Positions 42,186 through 52,888 are shown, numbered from the stretch's first letter. The stretch: DNA of 64,000 nt from an uncultured Nitrospiraceae bacterium (GCA_963706325.1 CAVPLT010000007.1:320001-384000); one strand, 5' to 3'. The notes: a model not told the origin generated them from the sequence alone. Program-made: numbers and translations.

Positions 42186-44684
42186 ATGAACAACAGTGCC
42201 TGTTACCGAAAAGAACTCGTGACCTCACCGAACCAAGCGCGCCGAATCTCCTCCACAATCGGCCTGCGGAAGCCGTGTCTTCTTGTGACGCTGGTCGTGA
42301 CCCTTGCGGGCCTCAATCACGCGTTTGCGCAAAGCGACGCCATCACCGCCGAAGCGGACAGCCGGCCTAAGAATCAATATCAGATTTCCCAGCAACCGTT
42401 AAACACGGCCTTGCGAGACTTTGCATTGGCCTCTGGGTTACAGGTCAGTTTTCCCGACGACATCGCCCGAGGACGGACGTCGCGTGAAGTCGCCGGATCC
42501 TATACGCCCGAAGAAGCCCTGTCGGAGTTACTTGCCGGAACAGGACTCTCGTTTCGCTTTACCAGCGCCGACACGGTGACCTTGGAGCGGGCAGGTCCAT
42601 CCATCGTCCCTCTCGCGCCGGCCGCAACAAACCAACGCTCTGCCGGTTCGGCCGATAATGGACAGGGCGGAACGCCGACCAGCGTCAAGCCGATCGTGGT
42701 GCCTGAAATCGTGGTGAAGGACGTGCATGAACGGAACGAGCCGGACCAGGAGGCGGTGAAGGAAATAGCTGGAGCGGTCAATGTCGTCACCCGCGAGGAA
42801 ATCCAGCGAGCCAGGCCAAAAAACGCAGACGAAATGTTGCGACGCGTTCCCGGTGTCAATGTGCTGGATGAATATGGCCAAGGATTAAGACCGAACATTG
42901 GAATACGGGGCATGGATCCAAGGCGGAGCAGAAATATTCTCCTGCTGGTAGATGACATTCCCATTCAACCGGCCCTCTTTGGAGATGCCTCGACCTACTA
43001 CATGGTGCCGATCGAACGCATCGATCATATTGAGGTGATCAAGGGGGGAGCTACTGTCCAATATTCGCCCAATACTCAAGGCGGCATGATCAATTTCATT
43101 CAGAAAAGGATTCCCACGACACCGACCTTCTCCACGACGAACACGTTCGGCAGTTTCAATCTCTTTCAATCCGACACACAGTACGGCGGCTACTTCGGAA
43201 ATTTCGGAGCGCAATTGGGATATATCCGGCGCCAGTCGGACGGGTTCAGAGACCGGAGTAAATCGCAGTTGGACGATTTCACCATGCGGTTCGAAGCGAA
43301 TCCCGATGATAGAACCCGCCTTACGACCAATATCTCTTGGTACGACGAAACGACGCAGACGCCGGGAAGTCTCACGCCTACTCAATATCGAAACGATCGC
43401 ACCCTCGCGGGAAAGCCACTGGATGAGTTTAAGGGGCAACGAGGGGCGATCGATGTGACGGCGAGCCGGGAGATCGACGCGCGCAATACGGCCAAAGTGA
43501 TCGTGTACGGCAATGTGTTTGAACGGAACTGGTATATCCAGGATCAAGCCGCTAATGGCACGTTGCTTTCAACCAGCACGAACTTCTTGCGCAAGTTCAA
43601 TGTATTCGGCGTTATGCCGCAACATCAGTTCAATTTTTCCCTCTTTGGCTTGGATCAAAAAGTCACGTCCGGCGTTCGATATCACGCGGAACGACTCACC
43701 GATATCACAGGGATCGGCACGGCCGGCTCGAAAATCAGCCGTACCACCAACAATGCCGATCTGGAATCGGTGGCCTATGCCGCCTATACGGAAACAGCCA
43801 TCCGATTGACCCAGGCCCTCACCATTTCACCTGGCATACGGTGGGAGCAGGTCAACCAAAGCCGTGAAGCGATGAATGCCATCCCGCCGGCGACGCTGCC
43901 CAATTTCAAAAGCAATAACACCACTCAAGGCCTGATCTATGGGACGGGAGTGAAGTATCAACTCACCCCGGACAGCATGTTGTTCGGCCACGTTCATACG
44001 ACATTTCGGCCACCCACCTTTGCCAATGCGGTCGATCCGACCAGCGGAACCACACAAGACCTTGAGGCCGAGCGCGGGTTGAGTTCGGATATCGGGGCCC
44101 GGTCCACCATCGTGCCCGGTGTGAGCGCGGAAATTGCCGTGTTTCGAACCGACTTCAGCAATCAGATCGTTCAGCAAGGAAGCCAGTTCGTGAATGCGGG
44201 GAAGACGCTGCAGCAAGGAATCGAAAGCAGCGTCAGTCTCGATTGGGGCGAACTCGTACGTCCGCTGCAAGGCTTCGTCACCAGGGCGAATGTCACCCTC
44301 TTGCGGCCCAAGTCGCTCTTTGGCGCCACGAACGGGAAGGATCTTCCCTATGCCCCGCGCATGACGTTCTATGGATTAGTGGGCTATTACCACCCCACCG
44401 GTGCCTCGATTGAGGCGGATGCCACGTACGTCGCCCAGCAATTTACTGATGGCGCGAATACCCAGACGGAGAATGCTCTCGGGACGACGGGAGCCATTCC
44501 CTCCTATACCATTTGGAATTTACGGCTCAACTATGCGCCGCCCAAGGCTCGCTGGGCGGTTTTCGCAGGCGTGCGCAACCTCACCGATGAATCATTCATT
44601 GCGCAACGCACAACCGGAAGTTTCATCGGTATTCAGCCCGGCGAAATCAGGAATTTTTACGGTGGCTTCTCATGGAAGTTTTAG
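42186..44684 (+). CDS. TonB-dependent receptor with N-terminal STN signalling domain (FecA-like)
   Basis: QQPLNTALRDFA...ALSELLAGTGL (STN), plug motifs (LRRVPGV, IGIRG, IEVIKG), C-terminal SWKF. Confidence 0.95.
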   Translation: MNNSACYRKELVTSPNQARRISSTIGLRKPCLLVTLVVTLAGLNHAFAQSDAITAEADSRPKNQYQISQQPLNTALRDFALASGLQVSFPDDIARGRTSREVAGSYTPEEALSELLAGTGLSFRFTSADTVTLERAGPSIVPLAPAATNQRSAGSADNGQGGTPTSVKPIVVPEIVVKDVHERNEPDQEAVKEIAGAVNVVTREEIQRARPKNADEMLRRVPGVNVLDEYGQGLRPNIGIRGMDPRRSRNILLLVDDIPIQPALFGDASTYYMVPIERIDHIEVIKGGATVQYSPNTQGGMINFIQKRIPTTPTFSTTNTFGSFNLFQSDTQYGGYFGNFGAQLGYIRRQSDGFRDRSKSQLDDFTMRFEANPDDRTRLTTNISWYDETTQTPGSLTPTQYRNDRTLAGKPLDEFKGQRGAIDVTASREIDARNTAKVIVYGNVFERNWYIQDQAANGTLLSTSTNFLRKFNVFGVMPQHQFNFSLFGLDQKVTSGVRYHAERLTDITGIGTAGSKISRTTNNADLESVAYAAYTETAIRLTQALTISPGIRWEQVNQSREAMNAIPPATLPNFKSNNTTQGLIYGTGVKYQLTPDSMLFGHVHTTFRPPTFANAVDPTSGTTQDLEAERGLSSDIGARSTIVPGVSAEIAVFRTDFSNQIVQQGSQFVNAGKTLQQGIESSVSLDWGELVRPLQGFVTRANVTLLRPKSLFGATNGKDLPYAPRMTFYGLVGYYHPTGASIEADATYVAQQFTDGANTQTENALGTTGAIPSYTIWNLRLNYAPPKARWAVFAGVRNLTDESFIAQRTTGSFIGIQPGEIRNFYGGFSWKF

Positions 44685-44760
44685 CCATGAGCCAGTCGCC
44701 GACTTTCGATGACCTTTATGGGTGCGACTGATTTCTGACACCCACTAGTAAAGGATACCC

Positions 44761-45462
44761 ATGTTGGAAGCCATCAACCTCACCAAACGATTCGGCGCCA
44801 CCGTGGCGCTCGACAGCTTGAATCTGGCGGTACAGCCGGGAGATATTTATTGCCTCCTCGGCGCCAACGGCGCGGGCAAGACCACGACCATCAATTTGTT
44901 TCTCGGTTTTATCGAGCCGAGCAGCGGTGAAGCGCGGGTCAACGGCGTGGATGTCCAACGCGGACCCGACGCCACCAAGGGCGCCATCGCCTATATACCG
45001 GAGACGGTCGCGCTGTATCCGCATCTGACCGGAATGGAAAATCTCGAGTATTTCGCCGGCCTGGCGGGCCACGAGGCTTCGCGCGAGCAGTTCGGGAGCG
45101 CACTGAGCGAGGCCGGTCTTAAAACCGAGGCACACTCGCGCAAGGTCGCCGGCTACTCGAAGGGGATGAGACAAAAGGTCGTCATCGCGCTCGCCATCGT
45201 CCGGGGCGCCAGGGCGATGCTACTCGATGAGCCGACCTCGGGCCTCGATCCGCACGCGGCTAACGATTTCGGCGAGCTGTTGCGGCGCATGACTGCGTCA
45301 GGGGTCGCGATACTGATGGCCACGCACGATTTATTTCGCGCCAAGGACATCGCGACCACCATCGGCATCATGAAGCATGGCGTCCTCGGCGTGAATTTGT
45401 CCGCGTCCGAAGTCAGCCACACCGACTTAGAGCACATCTATCTGAAGTACATGAGGGACTGA
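44761..45462 (+). CDS. ABC transporter ATP-binding protein
   Basis: Walker A GANGAGKTT, signature YSKGMRQK, Walker B LLDEP, ATHD. Confidence 0.95.
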   Translation: MLEAINLTKRFGATVALDSLNLAVQPGDIYCLLGANGAGKTTTINLFLGFIEPSSGEARVNGVDVQRGPDATKGAIAYIPETVALYPHLTGMENLEYFAGLAGHEASREQFGSALSEAGLKTEAHSRKVAGYSKGMRQKVVIALAIVRGARAMLLDEPTSGLDPHAANDFGELLRRMTASGVAILMATHDLFRAKDIATTIGIMKHGVLGVNLSASEVSHTDLEHIYLKYMRD

Positions 45463-45464
45463 CC

Positions 45465-46964
45465 ATGCAGGCACACACCGACGCCCAAGCCGTTCACGCG
45501 TCCGCCGGCCCAAATCGGAATGAGCGCAGCTTGTTCGGTCCGGCCTGGCGCGTGGCACACAAGGAGGTGGCCGATCTCTACAGCGACGGCCGCGTCTTAT
45601 GGGCCATGGCAGCCGTGGCTCTGCTGATCATGATCTCGGTCGCGTTGTCCTGGCAGGACTTCCGTGCGCGCGAGGCGGCGCGCACGCAGGCAGATACGGC
45701 AGTGCGTCATCAGTGGGAGAATCAAGGCTCCAAAAATCCTCACAGCGCGGCGCATTTCGGCCAGTACGCCTTCACGCTCGAATCGGTCCCGGCGGCGATC
45801 GATCCGGGCACGCTTGCCCATACCGGAAGCGCGGTCTGGCTTGAGCCGCACCGCAGGAACCTGTTCGGTTTTCATCCTGCCGAGGACCAAACCGCGGCGG
45901 TTCGCTATGGGCCGCTGACGCCGGCATTGCTGCTGCAAGTCGTCGTGCCATTGCTGATCGTGTCCTTCTGCTTTGCGTCGGTCGCCGGTGAACGCGAGGC
46001 GGGGACGCTGCGGCTCGTCTTGAGTCTGGGACTCACACGCGGTCAACTGTTTCTGGGTAAAGCCCTCGGCGTCGCTCTCGCAGGCGCGCCGCTTGCCGCG
46101 CTGCTCTTTGCGCCGGTGGCAGTGCTGGGGCTGATCCAGATGGGGCAGGGCGCCGCCGGTACCGACCAGGTCGCGCGGCTGCTGCTGATGGCGGTCGTCT
46201 ATTGCGCCTACTGGAGCGTGTGGGTGCTCATCGGTCTGGGGGTATCAAGCCGTGCAGCCACGGCACAGCGCGCGCTCATTGTCCTGTTGGCGCTGTGGGC
46301 GCTCGCCACGCTGCTGGCTCCCCGGGTCGGCTCCTTCCTGTCTGAACAGATCGCCAAGCCACCCTCCACGGAGGCATTTTTCGATGGCATACAGAGCGAT
46401 CTGGCTCACGGCCTTGACGGCAAGTCTCCCGCCGAAATGCGTTACCAGGAACTCGTCGAACAGACGTTGAAGGAGTACAACGTGAAGAGTCTGCAGGAGT
46501 TGCCGGTTGGCTTCGGCGGCCTGCGGCGGCGCTCACAAGACGCCTATTCCGAACGCGTGCATGATAAACACTTCGACGCGGTCCACGACACCTGGCGACG
46601 CCAGGCGAGGCTGCACATTCTTGTCTCGGCCGTAAGTCCCCTCATTCCGGCGCAGGCCTTGTCCCAGGGCCTCGCAGGCACAGATGTCGAGCATCACATA
46701 CATTTTTCTCAGGCCGCCGAGCGCTATCGCCGCTACTTCGTCGACTTCACGACCGACGCCCTGACCGCAGGCGAACAGGGAACGGAAAAACGAATGACTG
46801 CCGGTAACGAGATGTGGCAATCGATCAAGGCATTCGAATACCGGCAGCCGACGGCGGATGAGGCATTGCGCGGGCAGTGGCCGGGCCTGCTGGTTCTTGC
46901 GGCATGGCTGATGGCAAGCGCCTGGTACGCTTACCGATCATTCCGGCGACTGAATTTTGAGTGA
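45465..46964 (+). CDS. ABC-2 type permease, DUF3526 family
   Basis: QWENQGSKNPHSAAHFG, VWLEPH, GEREAGTLR, multiple TM segments. Confidence 0.85.
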   Translation: MQAHTDAQAVHASAGPNRNERSLFGPAWRVAHKEVADLYSDGRVLWAMAAVALLIMISVALSWQDFRAREAARTQADTAVRHQWENQGSKNPHSAAHFGQYAFTLESVPAAIDPGTLAHTGSAVWLEPHRRNLFGFHPAEDQTAAVRYGPLTPALLLQVVVPLLIVSFCFASVAGEREAGTLRLVLSLGLTRGQLFLGKALGVALAGAPLAALLFAPVAVLGLIQMGQGAAGTDQVARLLLMAVVYCAYWSVWVLIGLGVSSRAATAQRALIVLLALWALATLLAPRVGSFLSEQIAKPPSTEAFFDGIQSDLAHGLDGKSPAEMRYQELVEQTLKEYNVKSLQELPVGFGGLRRRSQDAYSERVHDKHFDAVHDTWRRQARLHILVSAVSPLIPAQALSQGLAGTDVEHHIHFSQAAERYRRYFVDFTTDALTAGEQGTEKRMTAGNEMWQSIKAFEYRQPTADEALRGQWPGLLVLAAWLMASAWYAYRSFRRLNFE

Positions 46965-46971
46965 GGACGAC

Positions 46972-49224
46972 ATGATCCGATTACTGCATCTCGAATGGCA
47001 GAAGGATACACGCGACCGGTCCTTATGGATCCCGATCGCCTTCCTGTGCCTGTTGCTGGTCGCGGCGGCGATCAACGGCGCCGGTGACGTGACCGGAGCC
47101 AGGGACTCCATAGCGGCTTCGAATGATTACGAGTCGGCGCGCATGGCTGAACTCCAGCACAGCGCCGGGGAAGTCGCGCGGGGGCATCAACCCGTTCAGT
47201 TCGCGCTGGACGGCTCGAATCCTGCCCGCGTGGGTGGAGGAGACGGTGCGCGTCGAGCCTGGTTGCCTCCGGCGGATTTCGCCTCGTTCGCGGCCGGTTA
47301 TCTGGGCGCGCTGCCGCAATCGCACACGATCACGACTTGGTCGCGCTACGCGCGCACCGACGGCTATGACCTCAGGAGCCCTGCCAACCACGCGAGCGGG
47401 CGCTTCGATGTCGGCTTCGTCTGCGTGCTGCTCCTGCCGCTCTTCGCGATCGCACTGGGTTACAACGTCTTGTCGGCGGACCGCGAGTCGGGCACGTTGC
47501 GCTTGGTGAGCGCGCAGTCGGTGTCGCTGCCTCGCCTGATCGCCGTGCGCCTCGGATTGCGTCTCGCACTGCTCATGGCCCCCATCGCCATCGTCAGCGC
47601 CGGTCTTTACCTATGGACGGCGTCGGAGATCACGGTAGAAGGAGTATCGAAATGGCTGTTCCTGCTCGGCGCGGTGAGCTGTTATGTCGCGTTCTGGCTG
47701 GCGTTGTGCGGGGTCCTCAACGTGTCAGGGCGCAGTTCATCATTTAATGCGATGACCGGAGTATCTCTCTACCTTGCGTTCACCATCCTGCTGCCCACCG
47801 CCATCCAGGTTGCCGCGACGAAAGCGTTCCCGCCGCCTGCTCGCCTGTCGCTCATTCCCACTATGCGGACGATCACCAGCGAGATCGAAAGCAGCGAGAA
47901 ATCCAAAGCCCTGGTCGAACGCTATTACCGCGACCATCCCGAGGTCGTACCGGCGGCGGACTCGCCGAATAAGATGGAGCCGCGGACCAAGCTGTTTCCC
48001 AAAGCGCTGGAGTTCGACCGCCGCCTGGTCCCGATCATCAAGGAGCAAGAGGCGGCGTCCCAGGCCCAGTCCGATTTTGCACGCCGGCTCTCCATCCTGT
48101 CGCCGTCGTTCGCGTTGCAACTGATTCTCGAACAGTGGGCGGGCAACGACTTGGAGCGCAACAGGGCGTTTGTCCGGCAGGTCGATGCGTATGAACAGGC
48201 GTGGCGCGAGTTCTTCGGACCCAAGATCATGGGGCTCTCCAGGCTTGCCCCGGACGATTATCAGCGCCTCCCGACCTTTCAGTTTCGCGAGGAGCCCGCG
48301 TCGAGCTTCTGGGGGCACGCATTCCTGCCGCTGGGTTCTCTGTTCGCGGCCGGCAGTGTCGCGGTGGGCATGCTGGGATTAGCCCTTCCCAAGTCGTCGT
48401 TACGCCGGCGCAAGAAGCAGGTCACCCGGGGCATAGATGAGCGCTGGGCCCGCAAGGCGCACCGCCGGATAGGCATTTTTGCCCTCGGGTTTTTGTTGCT
48501 CTCCTTAAGCACGGGACTGTTGTGGGCCAATGCAAAATTCCTGTATTGGGACGAACGTTATAAGGAGCGGGTGCGACCGGTTGCCGGTCCGCCGCTGGAG
48601 GCGGCAGGAGTTTCGCTTCAGGAGGTGATGGACCGGAGCAAAGCCGCGGTTGAAGGTCCGGCAACCGTGACGCAGGCCACCCTTCGTTCTGATTTTGGCC
48701 GGCTTCTCTATGACGTCAAACTGCGCGCCGGAGGAAAAGCCAGCACATTTCTCTATGATGCGGCAACCGGAGAGCTTCTTTCCCCGATTTCCCCGGAGCT
48801 GGCCCAAGACATCGCCAGGCAATACGTAAGCGAGAACGCCGAGATCACCGCCGTGGCCACGGAACAGTACACCCCTCGAAAAAAACACAAGGCACAAGCT
48901 GCCGTTCGAGTGGCCTTCAATGATACGAATCGAACCGAAATCGTGCTTGATCACCAGACCGGCGAGATTCTCGAAGACGAAGGCCGTTGGCGCAAGGTGC
49001 ACTTCGCAGTCATGCAATTGCATCAGCTGAACTTCTTTGGATTTGAAAAAACGCTGCTCAATATTCCAGGCGTCCCGCTGCTCCTGATGGGCTTCTCAGG
49101 ATTGGCGTTGTGGGGGCTTCAGCGCGCTCGGGCGAGACGCGCCAAAACCGCCGCATTCACAGCGCACGATGTGCTGTCTCCTCCCGATTCGAGAGGGGAA
49201 CCGGAGCATACCAACCGTGGGTGA
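46972..49224 (+). CDS. DUF3526-type ABC permease fused to a PepSY-associated TM/PepSY module
   Basis: Permease part (FDVGFV...DRESGTLR, LPTFQFRE) to about 48400, then WARKAHRRIG...TGL, PepSY-like YDAATGELL and LDHQTGEIL, and MQLHQL in a single frame. GAGGA RBS before ATG 46972. Confidence 0.82.
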   Translation: MIRLLHLEWQKDTRDRSLWIPIAFLCLLLVAAAINGAGDVTGARDSIAASNDYESARMAELQHSAGEVARGHQPVQFALDGSNPARVGGGDGARRAWLPPADFASFAAGYLGALPQSHTITTWSRYARTDGYDLRSPANHASGRFDVGFVCVLLLPLFAIALGYNVLSADRESGTLRLVSAQSVSLPRLIAVRLGLRLALLMAPIAIVSAGLYLWTASEITVEGVSKWLFLLGAVSCYVAFWLALCGVLNVSGRSSSFNAMTGVSLYLAFTILLPTAIQVAATKAFPPPARLSLIPTMRTITSEIESSEKSKALVERYYRDHPEVVPAADSPNKMEPRTKLFPKALEFDRRLVPIIKEQEAASQAQSDFARRLSILSPSFALQLILEQWAGNDLERNRAFVRQVDAYEQAWREFFGPKIMGLSRLAPDDYQRLPTFQFREEPASSFWGHAFLPLGSLFAAGSVAVGMLGLALPKSSLRRRKKQVTRGIDERWARKAHRRIGIFALGFLLLSLSTGLLWANAKFLYWDERYKERVRPVAGPPLEAAGVSLQEVMDRSKAAVEGPATVTQATLRSDFGRLLYDVKLRAGGKASTFLYDAATGELLSPISPELAQDIARQYVSENAEITAVATEQYTPRKKHKAQAAVRVAFNDTNRTEIVLDHQTGEILEDEGRWRKVHFAVMQLHQLNFFGFEKTLLNIPGVPLLLMGFSGLALWGLQRARARRAKTAAFTAHDVLSPPDSRGEPEHTNRG

Positions 49225-49295
49225 TTCGCACATTGTCGGAGGTGTTGAGGTGGTGGCCTTTTCTTTCGTCGGTTGGTTAGAATATCCGGAACGGT

Positions 49296-51335
49296 ATGGC
49301 ACTGACGATTCGTACCATCAAAGGCCGCATTGTGCTCGCGATCGTGCTGGTGGGCTGTGTCCCGCTGCTGATGGGCCTCGTCCTCGCCTACATGTCGGGA
49401 ATGCAATCTTTGCGGGACCTCATCGGCGGCAACCTGCAGGCGGTTGCGGTTCAGGCTGCCGACCGGGTGACCATGCTGGTCCAGAGCGAAATTCAAGCGG
49501 CCCGTTTATTGGGATCGGCGCCTCTTCGCGTGCGTCAGCCGGTCGAGGCGGCCAATCGTGCCTATCCTCCGGATCCTGCGCAGGCGGACCTCATCATTCA
49601 GGAACGCACTCAAATCTGGGAGAAGGGGAAGGAGGCGGCGGCCCGATTGCTGGATGGAGGCCTCTCGCGCTTTCTCCTCGACACGAAGGTTCGAAGCGGG
49701 GACAAGGTCGTGGGCCTCTTGATCGTCGATCAACATGGATCGTTGGTCGCTGCCAGTTCGGAACCTGATCATTACTCCTTCGGCGGTGAATCGTGGTGGA
49801 AGGCGATCCGTTCCGGCGGCACCGACCACGTATATGTCAGTGAGTTGATTCCGACCAAGGAAGGCTCCTTCCGGACGCCGGAGGAGACGATCGACATCGC
49901 CGTGCCGATTCTGGACGACCGTCACCACACTGTTATCGGAGCCGTCAAGGCTTCCTACCGGTTCGACACTCTCCTCGGTATGATCAACCAAATACGGATC
50001 GGGCAAACCGGCCATGCCATGCTCTTCAATGCCGCCGGGGAGCCTTTAGTCTGTCCGATCCTTCCTCGGCAAGCGCATCGTATACCCAGCCAACTAATGG
50101 CCATGATTGTCTCCTCCGAGCCAGGCTGGGGTATCGCTGATGACGATGGACATGGCGGCGCCGACACAGTAGTTGCGTATGCGCCTGTGACCGGTCTCAC
50201 CTTGCCGGACAACACCTGGCATATTTTCGTCAGACAACAGCCGGTGGAAAGTTATGCTCCGATTCGAGACCAGCTCAGGAATCTGGCGGTGATCGGTCTT
50301 GTCATGGTGGGTCTGTTGTGGGCAATCGGGCGCTACGTCGCGACGCGAATCGCCCGTCCGATTCAAGTTTTGAAGACCGGGGTCGAGGCGATCAGCCGAG
50401 GCACCTACGATGGTCCGCTTGATCTCAAAACCGGAGATGAGTTTGAGGAGCTGGCAGTGGCCGTGCATCGCATGGCCGATAAGTTGCAGGCGTCGCGAGC
50501 GGAGTTGGAGTCTCTCAATGCGGAGCTGACGCATCGGGTGGAAGAGAAGACCGCAGAGATCACTCGGCAGATGCGGAAGCTGGAATTATCTGAACGGTTG
50601 GCGACGCTGGGGAAGGTGGCCAGTGGGATCGCCCACGAAATAAACAATCCCCTCGGCATTATTCTCAACCGAATCGAATGTATGGAGGCCGATGCGGCAC
50701 AGGCCGAGCTGACGGATGAAGTCGGGCGGGATTTAGTCACCATCCGCAGGCAGGCGGAACGGATTTCCCGCGTCACGCGCAGCATCCTCACCTTTTCTCG
50801 CGGCACGGTCTCCACATTGAAGCCGCTCGACCTTAATTGTGTTGCCCGCACCTGCGTGGCGATGGCTGGTGAACGGGTCGCAGGGCGTTCCGTGCGGATC
50901 GATGCGCAACTAGCATCACAATTATCCCCGGTCATGGGAGATCGAGACCGACTCGAAACGGTGCTGCTGAATCTCATCAACAATGCCATCGATGCGGTGA
51001 CGGGACATGTCGAGCAGGGGCTCGTTACGCTGCGCACGACACGGACGATCCTTAACGGCGATGAGTGGGTGCAGATCAGCCTCTCGGATAATGGACCCGG
51101 CATTCCGTCCGCTATCCTCGACCGCATTTTCGATCCATTTTTTACTACGAAGCCGACAGGTCAAGGGACCGGGCTGGGATTGTTCCTCAGTTATGGAATC
51201 GTCTCGGACCATCGCGGTCGCATCGAAGCGCGAAGCAGCGTCGCCGGGGCGACCTTCGAGATCTATCTGCCTACGGTGGGTCTCGGGACATCGCTTCAGG
51301 AAGGAACACCATGGGGATTGCAGGAAAAATCCTGA
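49296..51335 (+). CDS. Sensor histidine kinase (Cache-like periplasmic domain, HAMP, HisKA, HATPase)
   Basis: Two TM segments, HAMP (GDEFEEL), AHEINNPL, NLINNAIDA, DNGPG, FDPFFTTK...GTGLGL. Confidence 0.95.
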   Translation: MALTIRTIKGRIVLAIVLVGCVPLLMGLVLAYMSGMQSLRDLIGGNLQAVAVQAADRVTMLVQSEIQAARLLGSAPLRVRQPVEAANRAYPPDPAQADLIIQERTQIWEKGKEAAARLLDGGLSRFLLDTKVRSGDKVVGLLIVDQHGSLVAASSEPDHYSFGGESWWKAIRSGGTDHVYVSELIPTKEGSFRTPEETIDIAVPILDDRHHTVIGAVKASYRFDTLLGMINQIRIGQTGHAMLFNAAGEPLVCPILPRQAHRIPSQLMAMIVSSEPGWGIADDDGHGGADTVVAYAPVTGLTLPDNTWHIFVRQQPVESYAPIRDQLRNLAVIGLVMVGLLWAIGRYVATRIARPIQVLKTGVEAISRGTYDGPLDLKTGDEFEELAVAVHRMADKLQASRAELESLNAELTHRVEEKTAEITRQMRKLELSERLATLGKVASGIAHEINNPLGIILNRIECMEADAAQAELTDEVGRDLVTIRRQAERISRVTRSILTFSRGTVSTLKPLDLNCVARTCVAMAGERVAGRSVRIDAQLASQLSPVMGDRDRLETVLLNLINNAIDAVTGHVEQGLVTLRTTRTILNGDEWVQISLSDNGPGIPSAILDRIFDPFFTTKPTGQGTGLGLFLSYGIVSDHRGRIEARSSVAGATFEIYLPTVGLGTSLQEGTPWGLQEKS

Positions 51336-52729
51336 TCGTCGACGACGAGCAGGACGCATTGGACAATTGCCGCCGCATCTTGAGCCGGGTGCCGTATCAG
51401 TGTGTCACGGAGTCCAATTCCGCCCGCGCGCTCGACATCATCCAGCGGGAGCGGCCGGGCCTGATCTTGACCGATCTGCGTATGCCGACCCTGGACGGGA
51501 TCGAGGTGTTGACTGCCGCCAAGCGGCTCGACCCCTCCGTGAAGGTCGTGTTGCTGACCGCCCATGCCAGCGTGCAGACTGCCGTGACGTCCATGCGCTA
51601 CGGCGCGTTCGATTATATTACGAAGCCGTTCGCCAGCGCCGAACTTGTGCAGGTTGCCCGCCGCGCATTCGGTGAGGATGGCGCATTACCGTCGGCCGGA
51701 CCCGGAAAGACCGACGATGGCGCGCGTCTCGACCGGGCGCAGCCGGGAAGGCGTGCCAGCTTTGCGCGTGTGATCGGTGAAAGTCCTGCGATGCAAGCGG
51801 TATTCAACCTGATTGAAAAGGTCGCTCCTACCCATTCCAACGTGTTGGTCTATGGAGAGAGCGGCACGGGAAAAGAGTTGGTTGCCCATGCCATTCATGA
51901 TGCGAGTCTCCGGGCAGACCGTCCGTTCGTTCCCGTGGATTGTGTTTCCCTTCCCGACACGTTGCTTGAATCCGAGTTATTCGGCCATGAGAAAGGCGCG
52001 TTTACGGGCGCGCATATTTCCAAACCGGGACTTTTCGAGATCGCTTCAGGGGGCACGATATTTCTCGATGAAGTCAGCGGGATGAGCCAAACGTTGCAGT
52101 CGCGATTGTTACGGGTCTTACAGGAACGGCAGATGCGCCGAGTCGGCGGCATCCGGTTCATGAGCGTGGATGTGCGCGTGATCGCGGCCTCTAACCAGGA
52201 GCTCGAGGCGGCCTGTCGCCGCGGAGAGTTTCGCGAGGATCTGTATTACCGCTTGAATGTCATCCCTATCGCGTTACCGCCTTTGCGAAGCAGAGAAGGA
52301 GATATTCCACTGTTAGCCCGAGAATTCATTCAGCGGTTTATGAGGCAGCAAGGGCCCGGCGCGGCTTTCGTGCCGGACCTGAGCGCTTCCGCGGCGGAGC
52401 TGTTGTGCGGATACTCGTGGCCGGGTAATGTGCGTGAATTACAGAACGTGATTGAGCGGGCAGCGGTGTTAGCCGATGGGCCTATCATTATGAGCGCGCA
52501 CCTACCGGAACGTCTGCGGGGGCCTGAGAGTGACGACTCCGGGTCCCATGAGACGGCCTCATTCAAGCACGCCAAACAGGCGGCCGTCAGCACGTGGGAA
52601 CGAAGTTTCCTCATAGAACTGTTGAAGCGACATGATGGCCATATGGGGCGCGCTGCACGCGAGTCCGGTGTCGACCGTAAGACGATCGAACGAATGGTAA
52701 AGAAGCATGGCCTGCGGGCCTTGTTCTGA
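51311..52729 (+). CDS. Sigma54-dependent response regulator (NtrC/AtoC/ZraR family)
   Basis: Receiver (ILIVDDE, TDLRMP), GESGTGKE, intact GAFTGA, WPGNVRELQN, Fis-type HTH. Confidence 0.96.
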   Translation: MGIAGKILIVDDEQDALDNCRRILSRVPYQCVTESNSARALDIIQRERPGLILTDLRMPTLDGIEVLTAAKRLDPSVKVVLLTAHASVQTAVTSMRYGAFDYITKPFASAELVQVARRAFGEDGALPSAGPGKTDDGARLDRAQPGRRASFARVIGESPAMQAVFNLIEKVAPTHSNVLVYGESGTGKELVAHAIHDASLRADRPFVPVDCVSLPDTLLESELFGHEKGAFTGAHISKPGLFEIASGGTIFLDEVSGMSQTLQSRLLRVLQERQMRRVGGIRFMSVDVRVIAASNQELEAACRRGEFREDLYYRLNVIPIALPPLRSREGDIPLLAREFIQRFMRQQGPGAAFVPDLSASAAELLCGYSWPGNVRELQNVIERAAVLADGPIIMSAHLPERLRGPESDDSGSHETASFKHAKQAAVSTWERSFLIELLKRHDGHMGRAARESGVDRKTIERMVKKHGLRALF

Positions 52730-52804
52730 TCTATCGGCCGTCCGCTTCCAATTATTCACTCCCCATCACCTTCTACTCCACCACATTGGCTCGACGTCTT
52801 TGTG

Positions 52805-52824
52805 ATGGGACAGCCATGTCCCAT
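52805..52824. promoter_or_regulatory. Palindromic putative enhancer site 1
   Basis: ATGGGACA-GCCA-TGTCCCAT. Confidence 0.6.
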
Positions 52825-52888
52825 GCAGGCTAGTTCTTCGGACATTGACTATTCCTCAATAAAGGAGAGCCGTTTCGTCTGTTCGTCC

